64,000 nucleotides of DNA from an uncultured Clostridia bacterium (GTDB taxonomy: Bacteria > Bacillota > Clostridia > TANB77 > CAG-508), in contig CALYAG010000009.1 in NCBI GenBank assembly GCA_944393465.1, forward strand, positions 3,240-67,239, read 5' to 3'. The translations under genes were made by a program, and so were the position numbers. Position 1 is the stretch's first letter. Each line of letters starts with the position of its first letter. The notes beneath the pieces were generated by a model. That model was not told the DNA's origin, ran no database searches, and saw only the letters and a list, made by a program, of their open reading frames with translations. Positions 39,730 through 50,306 of this stretch are shown piece after piece.

Positions 39730-41217
39730 TTATGCCTTTTTGTTTATATCACAATAGAATTCAACGCCATTTTCTAGATTTCTTACGCCATATTCATTAT
39801 TGTAATTATTCATTATAGCTTTAACTAAAGCGAGTCCAATGCCTGTACCGCCGGCGTTTCTATTTCTTGAAGAGTCTACTTTGTAGAATCTTCCCCAGAT
39901 TTTGTTTATGTACTCTTTTGGTATATTTTCTCCTGTGTTATAAACAAATAATCTAACTTTGTCTTTTTTGTTTTCTGTTCTAATAATTATTTTCTTTTCG
40001 CCATTTTTTTCATCAGCATGTTTGATAGCATTTGTTAAATAATTGCTTACAACCTGTTCTATATATTCTTGATCTGCAAATACTTTTATTTTTTTCTTTT
40101 CATCAAATTCTATTTTTATATTATTTTCTTTTATAACAACTGTATTTCTTCTTATTTCTTCTTTTATAAGTTCTGTTAAATCAAATTCTGTATCATTGAA
40201 TTTTCTTTCTTGGTATTCTAGTTTCATTAACTCTAGTAATCTTTTTACCATTGTATCCATTTTATTTGATTCATCTAGTATTACTTCTGCATAAAATTTT
40301 CTAGATTCTTCATCAGAATTTACATTTTCTATTAAGCCCTCTGCATATCCTTGAATAAGTGCTATTGGTGTTTTTAGCTCATGTGATACATCTGATATAA
40401 ATTGTTTTCTCATTTCATCTATTTTAGATTTTTCTTCTATATTTTGTTCCAATTTTGAGTTGTTGCTTTGCAATCTATTTATTGTAAGCTCTAGTTTATC
40501 TGACATTTCATTTATATTTCTTCCAAGCATATTTATTTCATCTTCTGTGTCAGATATTCTATATCTTTGGCTAAAATCTAAATTAGCCATTTTTTTCGTT
40601 ATCCTATTTAATTGCAAAATTGGTTTTGTAAATTTGTTTGCTATAACTGATGCAATAACTGCTGCTATTATTATCATTAGCACACCTATAATAACTAGCA
40701 AATCATTGGATATTTTTACAGTTTCTTTTATAGGTTCTATTTGTATTTTTATATATGTAATATAGCCATTATCTAAATTTGCTTTTAGCATTAAATATTC
40801 ATTTGTTTTGCTCTCATCAATACTTTGTACCACTATGTTATTTTGAGAATATATTATTGAACTTCTAAAACTATGTACTGATTCTAGCACATTTACACTA
40901 TCTATTATTTCTTGATTGCTACAGTAAACAACATCAAAATTTTCGTCAAGTATTAATATATCTATATTATTTGTTCTTTCTTGCTCTCTTAATTTATCTT
41001 TTATATTGTATGTAAATATTCCATTGTAATAACTGTTAATGCTTTGGCATATATGTATGGCCGTACTTGTTTTAGAATATAAATAAAAGGTCTCTAAGAC
41101 TACATTATTTATGATTATAAGGCAAAATATAATTAACACTATGCTAACACATAGTGTTCCAAATAGTCTGAATCTAATTGATTTAAAAGTATTTTTTAAT
41201 TTCATTTTAAAATCCAT
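39730..41217 (-). CDS. Sensor histidine kinase (HAMP-HisKA-HATPase)
   Basis: SHELKTP, NYLTNAIK, RFYKVD, GGTGIGL. Confidence 0.95.
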   Translation of the reverse strand: MDFKMKLKNTFKSIRFRLFGTLCVSIVLIIFCLIIINNVVLETFYLYSKTSTAIHICQSINSYYNGIFTYNIKDKLREQERTNNIDILILDENFDVVYCSNQEIIDSVNVLESVHSFRSSIIYSQNNIVVQSIDESKTNEYLMLKANLDNGYITYIKIQIEPIKETVKISNDLLVIIGVLMIIIAAVIASVIANKFTKPILQLNRITKKMANLDFSQRYRISDTEDEINMLGRNINEMSDKLELTINRLQSNNSKLEQNIEEKSKIDEMRKQFISDVSHELKTPIALIQGYAEGLIENVNSDEESRKFYAEVILDESNKMDTMVKRLLELMKLEYQERKFNDTEFDLTELIKEEIRRNTVVIKENNIKIEFDEKKKIKVFADQEYIEQVVSNYLTNAIKHADEKNGEKKIIIRTENKKDKVRLFVYNTGENIPKEYINKIWGRFYKVDSSRNRNAGGTGIGLALVKAIMNNYNNEYGVRNLENGVEFYCDINKKA

Positions 41218-41297
41218 TTCTCACTCTTTGCTACTCGTGCCAACAAAGAATATTCGTTTCAATTCTAAAATATTTATACAGTGGTTTGAAATAAGCC

Positions 41298-41975
41298 TTA
41301 TTTAACTTCAAATTTATACCCTACTCCTCTAATGGTTTTTATGTACTTTCCTTTTTTGCCTAGCTTATGTCTAATCTTTTTTATATGGCTATCTATTGTT
41401 CTTGAATCTCCATAGTAGTCGTAATTCCATACATTATTTAGTATCTTGTCCCTAGATAATGCTACGTTTTCGTTGTCTAACAAATACTTAAGCAACTCAT
41501 ATTCTCTTAGGCTAAGCTCTATTTGCTTGCCATCAACTGTTACAGTTCTGCCTTCTGTATTTATTTCTATACCGCCATAATTTTTGTTTTCGTTTTTCTT
41601 TTCCTCTGTTCTATTTAAGATTGCTTTTATTCTTGCAACAAGTATTTTAGGGCTAAATGGTTTTGAAATATATTCGTCAACTCCAAGCTCAAAGCCAAAT
41701 AATTCGTCTTGCTCTTCACCCCTTGCTGTAAGCATGATCACTGGTACTTTTGATTCTTGTCTTATTTGTCTTAAAACAGACCAGCCATCTAGTTTTGGCA
41801 TCATTACATCTAATAATATTAAATTTATTTTTTCTTTGTTTTCATTAAAGACTTTTATTGCTTCTTCACCATCACCCGCTTCTAGCACAGTGCAATCTTC
41901 TTTTAACAAAAAATCTTTTACTAATTTTCTCATTCTAAATTCATCATCTACAACTAATATGGTAACGCCTTCCAT
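41298..41975 (-). CDS. OmpR-family response regulator
   Basis: VVDD, LLDVMMP, KPFS, winged helix RTIDSHI...RGVGY. Confidence 0.95.
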   Translation of the reverse strand: MEGVTILVVDDEFRMRKLVKDFLLKEDCTVLEAGDGEEAIKVFNENKEKINLILLDVMMPKLDGWSVLRQIRQESKVPVIMLTARGEEQDELFGFELGVDEYISKPFSPKILVARIKAILNRTEEKKNENKNYGGIEINTEGRTVTVDGKQIELSLREYELLKYLLDNENVALSRDKILNNVWNYDYYGDSRTIDSHIKKIRHKLGKKGKYIKTIRGVGYKFEVK

Positions 41976-42139
41976 AAAATCATCCTTTCTTTTTGGCTAC
42001 ATTTTAGTGTTGAATATAATTCTCCATTCAACACTACAATATTTCTAGGTAATTTTGTATATATATTAATTTTAAAGCAATATTATGTCTATTATGTGAA
42101 TTTTGTATAATAATTTAGATATTAATACTCGCAGTAATT

Positions 42140-43297
42140 TTATTTCTTGTTTTTTGCCGTATTATTTACTTTAACTGGTTTTATGTGTTTTTCCTGTTCT
42201 AAATTAATTTGTTGATGATTTTCTTTTTTATTTATTTGGTATCCTTCTTCAACATTTTTTATGTATATGTTTTGTCCTGGATAAGCAAGCTTAATGCCTT
42301 GTGTTTCTAGTATATTAAGCAATGTAAGGTTAAGTTTGTTACAAAAATCTTGATATGCTCCATATGCTGTAATATTTGTTTCTAAGTAAATGTTTATATT
42401 TATTCCATCTTCTTTTATTTCATTAAGATGCACACTTACTGAATTTTTTATAATGTCTTTATTGTATTTTAAAATAAATCTAATTCTATTTAAAACTTTT
42501 TCTACTGTTACTTCTTCTGTTTCTAGTGGAAGTTTTAAGTTTGCTTTATATATTCTTTTCTTTATTACTCCCCAGTTTATAATGTTCTCTGAGCTTATTG
42601 CTGAATTTTGAATAGTTATTATGGTATCTTCTGTTGTTCTTAATTTTGTACTTCTAAATGTAATATTTTCAACTGTTCCAGATACATCACCTATTTCTAC
42701 CCAATCGCCTATTGCAAATGGCTTATCCCAGAAAATTGAAAGTCCTGAGAAAACGTCTTTTACTGTATCTTGAGCAGCTAAAGCAATAATGGCAGTACTT
42801 AGTCCTAGCCCTGTTAAAATTCCACCTAGATCGTAGTTAAATTCTTTAAGTGTCAAATATGCTGCAAGTATATACAAAACTACTTTAATAATTTTGTTAA
42901 TTATATTTACCATTGGGTCATTTGCTTTATCTTTTAGCCTTGATGTAAGTAGCCTTCTATTTGAAAAAACATCTGATGCAGTTTTGGCTATTATCCACAC
43001 AATTGCAATCCTATATAGTTTATCTAAAAAATTGTTTAAGTCTTCATTTAGCCCCAATATTTTTGTTGAAAAAAGTACACCTGTAGCTATAAGAAAATAC
43101 TTTGATGCATTGTATACTACGCCATTTTTTAATTCTGCTTTTGTTTTTTTCCATCCAAATATTTTAGCAATTGCTAAACTAAAAAAAGGGCTAATTATTA
43201 CTGTAAATATAATTGATACTATGCAAATAATTACATTTATAACTTGTGAAAGCTCTATTGACCCTATCCACTGTACTAATTCATTAATTTTATCCAT
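42140..43297 (-). CDS. MscS family mechanosensitive channel
   Basis: LAAQDTVKDVFSG...DKPFAIGDWV...GTVENITFRST. Confidence 0.9.
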   Translation of the reverse strand: MDKINELVQWIGSIELSQVINVIICIVSIIFTVIISPFFSLAIAKIFGWKKTKAELKNGVVYNASKYFLIATGVLFSTKILGLNEDLNNFLDKLYRIAIVWIIAKTASDVFSNRRLLTSRLKDKANDPMVNIINKIIKVVLYILAAYLTLKEFNYDLGGILTGLGLSTAIIALAAQDTVKDVFSGLSIFWDKPFAIGDWVEIGDVSGTVENITFRSTKLRTTEDTIITIQNSAISSENIINWGVIKKRIYKANLKLPLETEEVTVEKVLNRIRFILKYNKDIIKNSVSVHLNEIKEDGININIYLETNITAYGAYQDFCNKLNLTLLNILETQGIKLAYPGQNIYIKNVEEGYQINKKENHQQINLEQEKHIKPVKVNNTAKNKK

Positions 43298-43492
43298 TGG
43301 AATTTCCTTTCGAATTTTCTATATTCATTATTATATAATATTTTTTCATAAATTTCTATTGTTTTTTAAAATTTTAGCTCAAATATGAGCATAACTAAAA
43401 AAAGAATTGTCAAGAAATTTTTGTAGTGATATAATAATTTAAAATTTATAGATTTTTCATCTTGGCATAAAGCCGGAAAGGATGATATTTAA

Positions 43493-44960
43493 GTGAAAGA
43501 AACAAATGATACAATGATGCAATATTTTGAATGGTATATGCCAAATGATTGCATGTTATGGAAAAGCCTTCAAAATGTTGGTAAAGATTTAAAAAAATTA
43601 GGTATAAATTATATTTGGCTTCCACCTTGCTTTAAGTCGGCTGGCGGAATAAATGATACAGGTTATGGTGTATATGACCTATATGATATGGGCGAATTTA
43701 TGCAAAAAGGCAGTATTCGTACAAAATATGGCACTAAGCAAGAATACTTAGATGCAATTAAATATTTGCAAAAATGTGGTATAAAAGTTTTGGCAGATAT
43801 TGTTTTAAATCATAGATTTGGAGCAGATGAAAAAGAAGAAATTATTGCATATAAAGTTAACCCAAATAATAGAAATGAAGTCATTGGAACATATAGAACA
43901 ATTGAAGCTTGGACTAAATTTAATTTTAAAGGTAGAAATAATACCTATTCAGATTTCAATTTAGACTGGTCGCATTTTAATGGCATAGATTATGATGACA
44001 AGCAAAAAGAACATGGTATTTTTAGATTTTATGGAAAGCATTGGAGCAATGATGTTGATAAAGAACTTGGCAATTATGACTATTTAATGGGTTGTGATGT
44101 AGATTTTAACAATTTGGATGTTGTTGATGACCTTTTTAGATGGGGCAAATGGTTTTTAGAGCAAACTAATGTAGATGGTTTTAGGTTAGATGCAATTAAG
44201 CATATTCGCTCTTCCTTTTACAAAAGATGGCTTCATGATCTTAAAGCCGAAACAGACAAAGATTTATTTACTGTTGGAGAATATTTTAGTTGCAATATTG
44301 ATTCGCTTCTAAATTATTTGCAAAGAAATGATGAAATAGATACTCTATTTGATGTTCCGCTTCATGACCATTTTAAAATTGCATCTGAAAGTTTTGGACA
44401 TTATGATATGCGAAATCTTTTTGAAGATACATTAGTAGACAGAAGACCTACAAAAGCTGTAACGTTTGTAGATAATCATGATACTGAGCCTCGGACAAAG
44501 CCTAGAGTCATGGGTAAAAGAATGGTTTAAGCCTCTTGCCTATGCTTGCATTTTGCTAAGGCAAGAAGGAATTCCTTGTGTATTTTATGGAGATTATTAT
44601 GGTGTGCCTTTTAAAAATATACCACCTATGAAAGAAATTTTGAACATATTACTTTTAGCTAGAAAATACTTGGCATATGGCAAACAAAGAGATTATTTAG
44701 ATGACGCAAATATTATAGGTTGGGTTAGAGAAGGTGATTATTACCACCAAGATTCTGGAATGGCTGTTATTTTAAGTGATGGCGACGGTGGCCATAAATG
44801 CATGAATGTTGGTAAAAACTTGGCAAATAGTATATTGTACGACTGCACTGGTAATATAAAAGAAACTGTATACGTAGATAAAGACGGAAATGGCATTTTT
44901 TATGTAAATGGTGGTAGCGTTTCTGTATGGATCAAAAAGGATAATATGTATAATTTATAA
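43493..44960 (+). pseudogene. Cytoplasmic GH13 alpha-amylase split by a +1 frameshift at 44492 (pseudogene, recoding site or assembly error)
   Basis: TMMQYFEW, GYGVYDLYD, DGFRLDAIKH, FVDNHDTEP in the first frame, then GQSLES...CVFYGDYYG in the +1 frame; removing C44492 gives 488 aa. Confidence 0.85.
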
Positions 44961-44990
44961 TAGAAACCTCACAAATTATTTTGTGAGGTT

Positions 44991-45746
44991 TTAGCTTGCA
45001 TTTTCTATCTCTTCATCAAAAACAACTGCATCTTCATTTTTGGCAATGCACGCTTTTATTTTAATTCCATCTTTTTTGAACATTTTTTCATGCTCTGTTT
45101 CAATATTTTCTTCTCCTAACCAAAAGTTTTGTTCACTTGCTAAATCATAGGTTGACTTTTCTATAACAAACCCTGCAGTTTGAAAATATTTAATACTATC
45201 TTCAAATAAATAGTCATCATCTGTTTTAAAAAAGATGTATCCACCTTTGGCAAGAAAAGTTTTGTATTGCTCAAGTTGTCTTGGATGTGTAAGTCTTTTT
45301 TTGTGATGCTTGCCCCTTGGCCATGGATTGCAAAAATTAATGTAAATTCTTTGTACATTATCTTCTTTTCCAAATATATTAGATATGAGAGCTATGTCAT
45401 AACGAGTAAGCCTAAGATTTGTAACAATTTTTTGCTTTTCAATTTCATTTTCTATTTCTTCTTTTTGCAATGTTGCCCTAATGCCATATTCTTTTTCCAC
45501 ATTTCTTTTGGCTATGCCAAGCATGCTATCAACTAAATCTATTGCAACATAGTTAATATGCTTGTCTTTATTTTTGCTTGCCATTTGAGCTATAAAATTT
45601 CCTTTGCCACAACCAAGTTCCAAATAAATTGGATAATCATTTGGGAATGCAGTTTTCCACTTATTTTTAAACATTTGTGGATTATCTATGTAAAATGGAC
45701 TGGTTTCTAGCTCTTCTCTTGCCCATGGTTTAAATCTTATTCGCAT
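44991..45746 (-). CDS. trmB: tRNA (guanine-N7)-methyltransferase
   Basis: LELGCGKG, NFCNPWP...HHKKRLT, FKTD, TEHE. Confidence 0.93.
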   Translation of the reverse strand: MRIRFKPWAREELETSPFYIDNPQMFKNKWKTAFPNDYPIYLELGCGKGNFIAQMASKNKDKHINYVAIDLVDSMLGIAKRNVEKEYGIRATLQKEEIENEIEKQKIVTNLRLTRYDIALISNIFGKEDNVQRIYINFCNPWPRGKHHKKRLTHPRQLEQYKTFLAKGGYIFFKTDDDYLFEDSIKYFQTAGFVIEKSTYDLASEQNFWLGEENIETEHEKMFKKDGIKIKACIAKNEDAVVFDEEIENAS

Positions 45747-45938
45747 TGATTATTCTCCTCTCTTTATTTTAAGTTTAAATTTTATTTTCTAAAAAATTTT
45801 ATTTAACTATTTTTAAGTCTACACATCAATTTTTTAATTTATAAATTTATTTTAACAAAATTTAAAATATTTTTCAATGTTTTTTCATCATTTTCTGTCT
45901 TTTAAATTTTTATAATTTACCTTTAAAATTATAATATT

Positions 45939-46360
45939 GCCCTCTTACTAACTATGGAGAAATAGTTAGTAAGAGGGTCTTGACAAAATATAATATAATA
46001 AAAGGAGTTGTAGAGGAAACTAAATATAAATTGGAGCTTTGGGGGGCACAATTTATTTTTTTTTGGGGGAAATTTTGAAGACAAATCAAAAATATGTATT
46101 ATTAAGGCAGTGTCTTACAATATGGAAAGGAAGAATTTTTCCATTATTAGAATTAATTACCATTAACCTATTTTTTGTTTCCTCTACAAGCTTAATAACT
46201 AATTATATGTAATTATTTAAATATTATTGGATTTCTTTTGTAGATTATAATGTTTTTATTATAAATTAATTTTCTTTTGAATTTATTTTAATTATAAAAA
46301 CAGCTTGTACAATATTATAATTAAAATATGTGTGAATAATATTTTGCCTTGCTAAGTAGC
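45939..46360 (-). ncRNA. Candidate sRNA with multiple C-rich motifs
   Basis: Region without a substantial ORF between a TTGACA-17-TAATAT promoter (46397-46369) and a 3' hairpin (45939-45978); long-range stem 46008-46020/46177-46189. Confidence 0.45.
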
Positions 46361-46368
46361 ATGACTAT

Positions 46369-46453
46369 ATATTACATTATTTGCCATAAAATGTCAACAT
46401 ATTTGTGCTAAATTTTTCCAAAATATTTCGACAAAATTTGACATTTTTTGACA
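46369..46453 (-). promoter_or_regulatory. Sigma-A promoter with three Spo0A-box-like sites at a 10-bp period
   Basis: TTCGACA 46427, TTTGACA 46437, TTTGACA 46447 on the + strand. Confidence 0.55.
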
Positions 46454-46652
46454 AAGTCCTACTGTTTTGTAATATATTTAAAAGAGCCTACATATTCTTA
46501 CTAAACTGAACCTTTATAAACTGTTGAATTTGCACTCATTTTGTGCTATAATATTTTTGATTTTATAAATTTTATTGTTTATTTGCCAACATATTTGTGT
46601 TTTGCTTTATATAAAATTTATAATCAAATACGTATAAGGAGTTGAAATTAAT

Positions 46653-47186
46653 TTGAAAATTACATCTGATAGCGAAACATTGGCTGAAAACAAAGTTTTA
46701 ATTTTATATGTTTTAGATACTGTTAAAAAGCCAATTACAAATGATGCATTGTATAGTATTGTTAATTCAGCTATTGATTTAAACTACTTTTACTTTCAAC
46801 AATTTTTGCTAGATTTAATTGATGCCAAATTTGTTGTACGCTATACAAAAGAAACTCAAGATGTATATGAACTTACTGAAGCTGGTAAAAACACCCTAGA
46901 TTTAACTTTAGACATATTGCCAGGAATTATAAAACTTCGAGTTGACACTAATTTAAAAAGTAATATAGAAATGTTTGAAAATGCTCAGTCTATTGTTTCT
47001 GAGTACACTCCAAAGAGTGAAAATGAATATGAAGTTATATGTAAAATTGTTGAGGACAATGAGGTTATTTTTGAAATAAAAACTTTTGCATACTCTAGGG
47101 AGCAAGCTCAAAATATTGTAGATAATTGGAAGAAAAACGCTACAAACTTATATCCTCAATTAATTGGATTGCTAACTAAAAAATAA
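46653..47186 (+). CDS. DUF4364 family winged-helix protein
   Basis: LAENKVLILYVL...NYFYFQQFL.DL...Y.LT..G. Confidence 0.8.
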   Translation: MKITSDSETLAENKVLILYVLDTVKKPITNDALYSIVNSAIDLNYFYFQQFLLDLIDAKFVVRYTKETQDVYELTEAGKNTLDLTLDILPGIIKLRVDTNLKSNIEMFENAQSIVSEYTPKSENEYEVICKIVEDNEVIFEIKTFAYSREQAQNIVDNWKKNATNLYPQLIGLLTKK

Positions 47187-47286
47187 TTTTCAGTTGGGGA
47201 CGGTCCTAAAACGAAAAAATGTGATTATCATTTATTTAACCATAATCAAATGATTTTTTCGTTTTAGGACCGTCCCCAACTGAAAA
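47187..47286. repeat. Inverted REP-like pair between convergent genes
   Basis: Copies at 47187-47217 and 47256-47286, filling the gap between two stop codons. Confidence 0.93.
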
Positions 47287-47288
47287 TT

Positions 47289-48563
47289 TTATCCTAATAG
47301 CTTTTCTTTAATTTGACTTATTTCTAATATTTCTTTTTCTCCTGTTTTGGTGTTTTCTACTTCTGCTTTGCCATCTTCTACTTTGTCACCAAGTATAACC
47401 ATATATGGAGTTCCAAGTATTTTACAATCTTTTATTTTTGCCCCCATAGACATATTTTCTCTATCATCTAAAATAGCTTTTCCTGCAAATTGATTATATA
47501 GTTCATTTGCTTCTTTTACTTTTTCTTCATTATCTAATTTTGGTATAATTTGAATCATATATGGTGCAATTTGTTTTGGTAAAGAAATACCTGTAACATT
47601 TCCGTTTGAATCTTTTATTACTGAATTTTCATAAATAGCTGCAACTAATCTACTTACACCTATTCCATAACAACCCATGTAATATGGTTTTTGAGTATTG
47701 TCTTTATCTATAAATCCAATATTCATTGAGTCAGAATACTTAGTACCTAATTGGAATATGTGACCTACTTCTATTGCTTTTGCTGTTTTTAAATTTGATA
47801 TATCTTCTATTCCATATTCTTCTTTAAGATATTCTTCATAGTTTTCTTTTTCTAGTACTTCTGTATTTAAAGCTATTTTTCTATCTTCATCATAAAGAAT
47901 TGTGTCTTCTCCTATTGGTGATACAAACATAAATTCTTCGCTCTTCTTTCCACCCATTGCGCCATTATCTGCAATAACTGGAAGTAGTTCTATTCCAAGT
48001 TTTTCGCCTATTTTGATATAAGCATCTCTTATTTTTGCATAAGATGTTTCTAGTCCTTTTAAATCTGTATCAAAGCTATATGCGTCCATCATTAAGAAAG
48101 ATCTGCCTCTTAATAAATATCCTCTTGTTCTAATTTCATTTCTGTATTTTTCGCCTATCTGATAAACTGTAGCTGGCATATGTTTGTATGATTTTAGCTT
48201 TTCTGCCATAAATTCTATGCAGGCTTCTTCAGCTGTTGGAGCTAAGCATAGTTCTCCTCTGTCAGATTTAACTACAAGCATTGTACCATCATTTACATAT
48301 GTGTCCCATCTACCAGATTTTTTCCAAATAGTATCTGGTTGAAGTGTTGGAAGTTGTATTTCTATGCAACCTGCTTCGTTTAAACATTCTTCTATTATTA
48401 TTTGTACATTTCTTTTTACAAGCATTGTAGTATTTCCATATCCAAATATGCCTGTACCATATTGAACTAATTGTCCTGATTGAAGTAGCATATCCTGTGC
48501 TGGATACATTTCATCTAATTTATTTACTCTCATTGTGCCAAGACCGGCTTCTGATAATTTCAT
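47289..48563 (-). CDS. proS: Proline--tRNA ligase, short form without the insertion editing domain
   Basis: WKKSGRW, LAPTAEE, KYRNEIR, MDAYSF, IEVGHIFQLGTKYS, MGCYGIGVSR; start MKLSE after GGAGGG. Confidence 0.93.
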   Translation of the reverse strand: MKLSEAGLGTMRVNKLDEMYPAQDMLLQSGQLVQYGTGIFGYGNTTMLVKRNVQIIIEECLNEAGCIEIQLPTLQPDTIWKKSGRWDTYVNDGTMLVVKSDRGELCLAPTAEEACIEFMAEKLKSYKHMPATVYQIGEKYRNEIRTRGYLLRGRSFLMMDAYSFDTDLKGLETSYAKIRDAYIKIGEKLGIELLPVIADNGAMGGKKSEEFMFVSPIGEDTILYDEDRKIALNTEVLEKENYEEYLKEEYGIEDISNLKTAKAIEVGHIFQLGTKYSDSMNIGFIDKDNTQKPYYMGCYGIGVSRLVAAIYENSVIKDSNGNVTGISLPKQIAPYMIQIIPKLDNEEKVKEANELYNQFAGKAILDDRENMSMGAKIKDCKILGTPYMVILGDKVEDGKAEVENTKTGEKEILEISQIKEKLLG

Positions 48564-48684
48564 AATTTTTACCCTCCATGATTTAACTGTATATTTCGGC
48601 ATTTTTAGTTTAAGAAATATTTTTATTACTAAATTAAATCATGCCTTTCTTTTATTTTAGTTTCTTATTAGTTAACTTTTTAAA

Positions 48685-49362
48685 TTATTGATTATCTTCA
48701 CCCCCTTGGGGTTCTGGAGCCTCCATATTTTTTTGCGAATTATTATTTTCTTGATTTTCATTATTTTCTTTGGTCTCATCAGTGTTTTCGTCAGTAATAC
48801 TTTCTTTCTCTTCTAGCTCATCTATAACTATTTGCCTATTGCTATCAAGCTTATATTTTGGTAGTTCTGGCAAATCTTTAATACTTTTTAGTCCAAACAT
48901 TTTTAAAAAATCATCTGTTACCCTGTAGGTCATTGGTTTACCAGGCAAATCTGCCTTACCTGCTTGCTCAATTAAATTATATTCTAAAAGTCTATAAATA
49001 GAAGCCGATGAGTCAACACCCCTTATTGTATCAACATCTGCTTTAGTTGCTCTACTATTATATGCAATTATGCTAAGCACTTCAAGTGATGCCTGTGAAA
49101 GTGTAGGCTTTGCACCTTTACTAAGCATTGGGTATATATATTCGTGATATTCTTTTTTGGATGCTAACTGATAGCCATCTTCAACACGCACTATTTCAAG
49201 TCCTCTTCCTTCTTCTGCGTAGTCTTTTTCAAGCTCTGCTATAGTAGAAATAATTTCATCTGAATTTACTTCTAGTAACGCCATAAGCTCTCTAATTTTT
49301 ACTACCCTACCAGCAGCAAACAATATAGCTTCAATTACTCCTTTTAGTTTTTCTTTTTCCAT
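48685..49362 (-). CDS. scpB: SMC-Scp complex subunit ScpB
   Basis: IEAILFA, LSQASLEVLSIIAY, IRGVDS, PGKP..Y, FGL....LP. Confidence 0.93.
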   Translation of the reverse strand: MEKEKLKGVIEAILFAAGRVVKIRELMALLEVNSDEIISTIAELEKDYAEEGRGLEIVRVEDGYQLASKKEYHEYIYPMLSKGAKPTLSQASLEVLSIIAYNSRATKADVDTIRGVDSSASIYRLLEYNLIEQAGKADLPGKPMTYRVTDDFLKMFGLKSIKDLPELPKYKLDSNRQIVIDELEEKESITDENTDETKENNENQENNNSQKNMEAPEPQGGEDNQ

Positions 49363-49658
49363 TTTATTTTCCTTTAAAATAAATTACACAATTAGCAACT
49401 ACTCGTATGCTAATAATGCCCTTATTATATCATCAATTTAGGTCGTTTGCAAGAAATATATTTTTTTACTTTTCTTTGAAACTAACTTGACTTTTCTTTA
49501 TCAAGATTGCTGTACGTTTTTCAAGTATTTTTTCACACTGGTGGTAATATGCATTTTTTAATTTCTTTATATAATATTTTAGTATTTTAAACTTTTTATA
49601 TTTATATAATTTTTTGTCTATTATGCATATTTCTTTTGCATAACAGAAAGGATACTTT

Positions 49659-49925
49659 ATGAATAATTTTGGAAAATATAATGGCAATCTAAATTTAATT
49701 GGTCCTATTATAAGAGAAAAGCGCAAAGAAAAAGGTATGTCTCTTGAAACTTTATCTAATCAACTATTGTTCCTTGATGTTAATATTCCAATAACAAGTT
49801 TACATAGAATAGAAAATAATCAAAGAACTGTTAGAGATTATGAAATTTGTGCAATTGCGGTTGTTCTTAAAATTGATGTTCAAGATTTATTAAATCCAAT
49901 TGTTGAAAAATTCAAAAAATTATAA
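49659..49925 (+). CDS. XRE-family helix-turn-helix regulator
   Basis: IREKRKEKGMSLETLS...LHRIENNQR. Confidence 0.85.
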   Translation: MNNFGKYNGNLNLIGPIIREKRKEKGMSLETLSNQLLFLDVNIPITSLHRIENNQRTVRDYEICAIAVVLKIDVQDLLNPIVEKFKKL

Positions 49926-50123
49926 AAGTTGTTAATGTCACGGTTTTTTGCATACTATTAACCAAAGCATATATATGCATTATTTTTAATTGTGCAAAAA
50001 AAGCCGTGGCATTATCATAAATTAATCATAAAAAAACTTGACATTTACAACTTTGACATCTTCATTTTTTTATGTTATATTTTTTATATAAATTTTAAGT
50101 ATTTAAAAATATGAGGTGGTACT

Positions 50124-50303
50124 ATGATAGAAGAAAACGATAAAAATGAACGTAAGCCAAAGAAAATTGAGATTGTACAAGGTAATTCAAAAGATTTGAA
50201 TATATCTAATGTCAGAGATAGTTTAATTATGGAAAAACCTGAAGAAACTCCAAAACAAAATATTATTATTCCTGAAAATGTCAATTCAAAAGATGAAAAA
50301 TAG
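50124..50303 (+). CDS. 59-aa hypothetical protein (not in ORF track)
   Basis: GAGGTG RBS; MIEENDKNERKPKKIEIVQGNSKDLNISNVRDSLIMEKPEETPKQNIIIPENVNSKDEK. Confidence 0.65.
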   Translation: MIEENDKNERKPKKIEIVQGNSKDLNISNVRDSLIMEKPEETPKQNIIIPENVNSKDEK

Positions 50304-50306
50304 GGG

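Noticed and set aside
49934-50012. Long inverted repeat after the XRE gene
   Set aside because: Most simply a terminator-like hairpin; single copy with no further support.
49466-50284. Minus-strand ORFs 49466-49726 and 50084-50284
   Set aside because: They overlap better-supported plus-strand genes that have an RBS.
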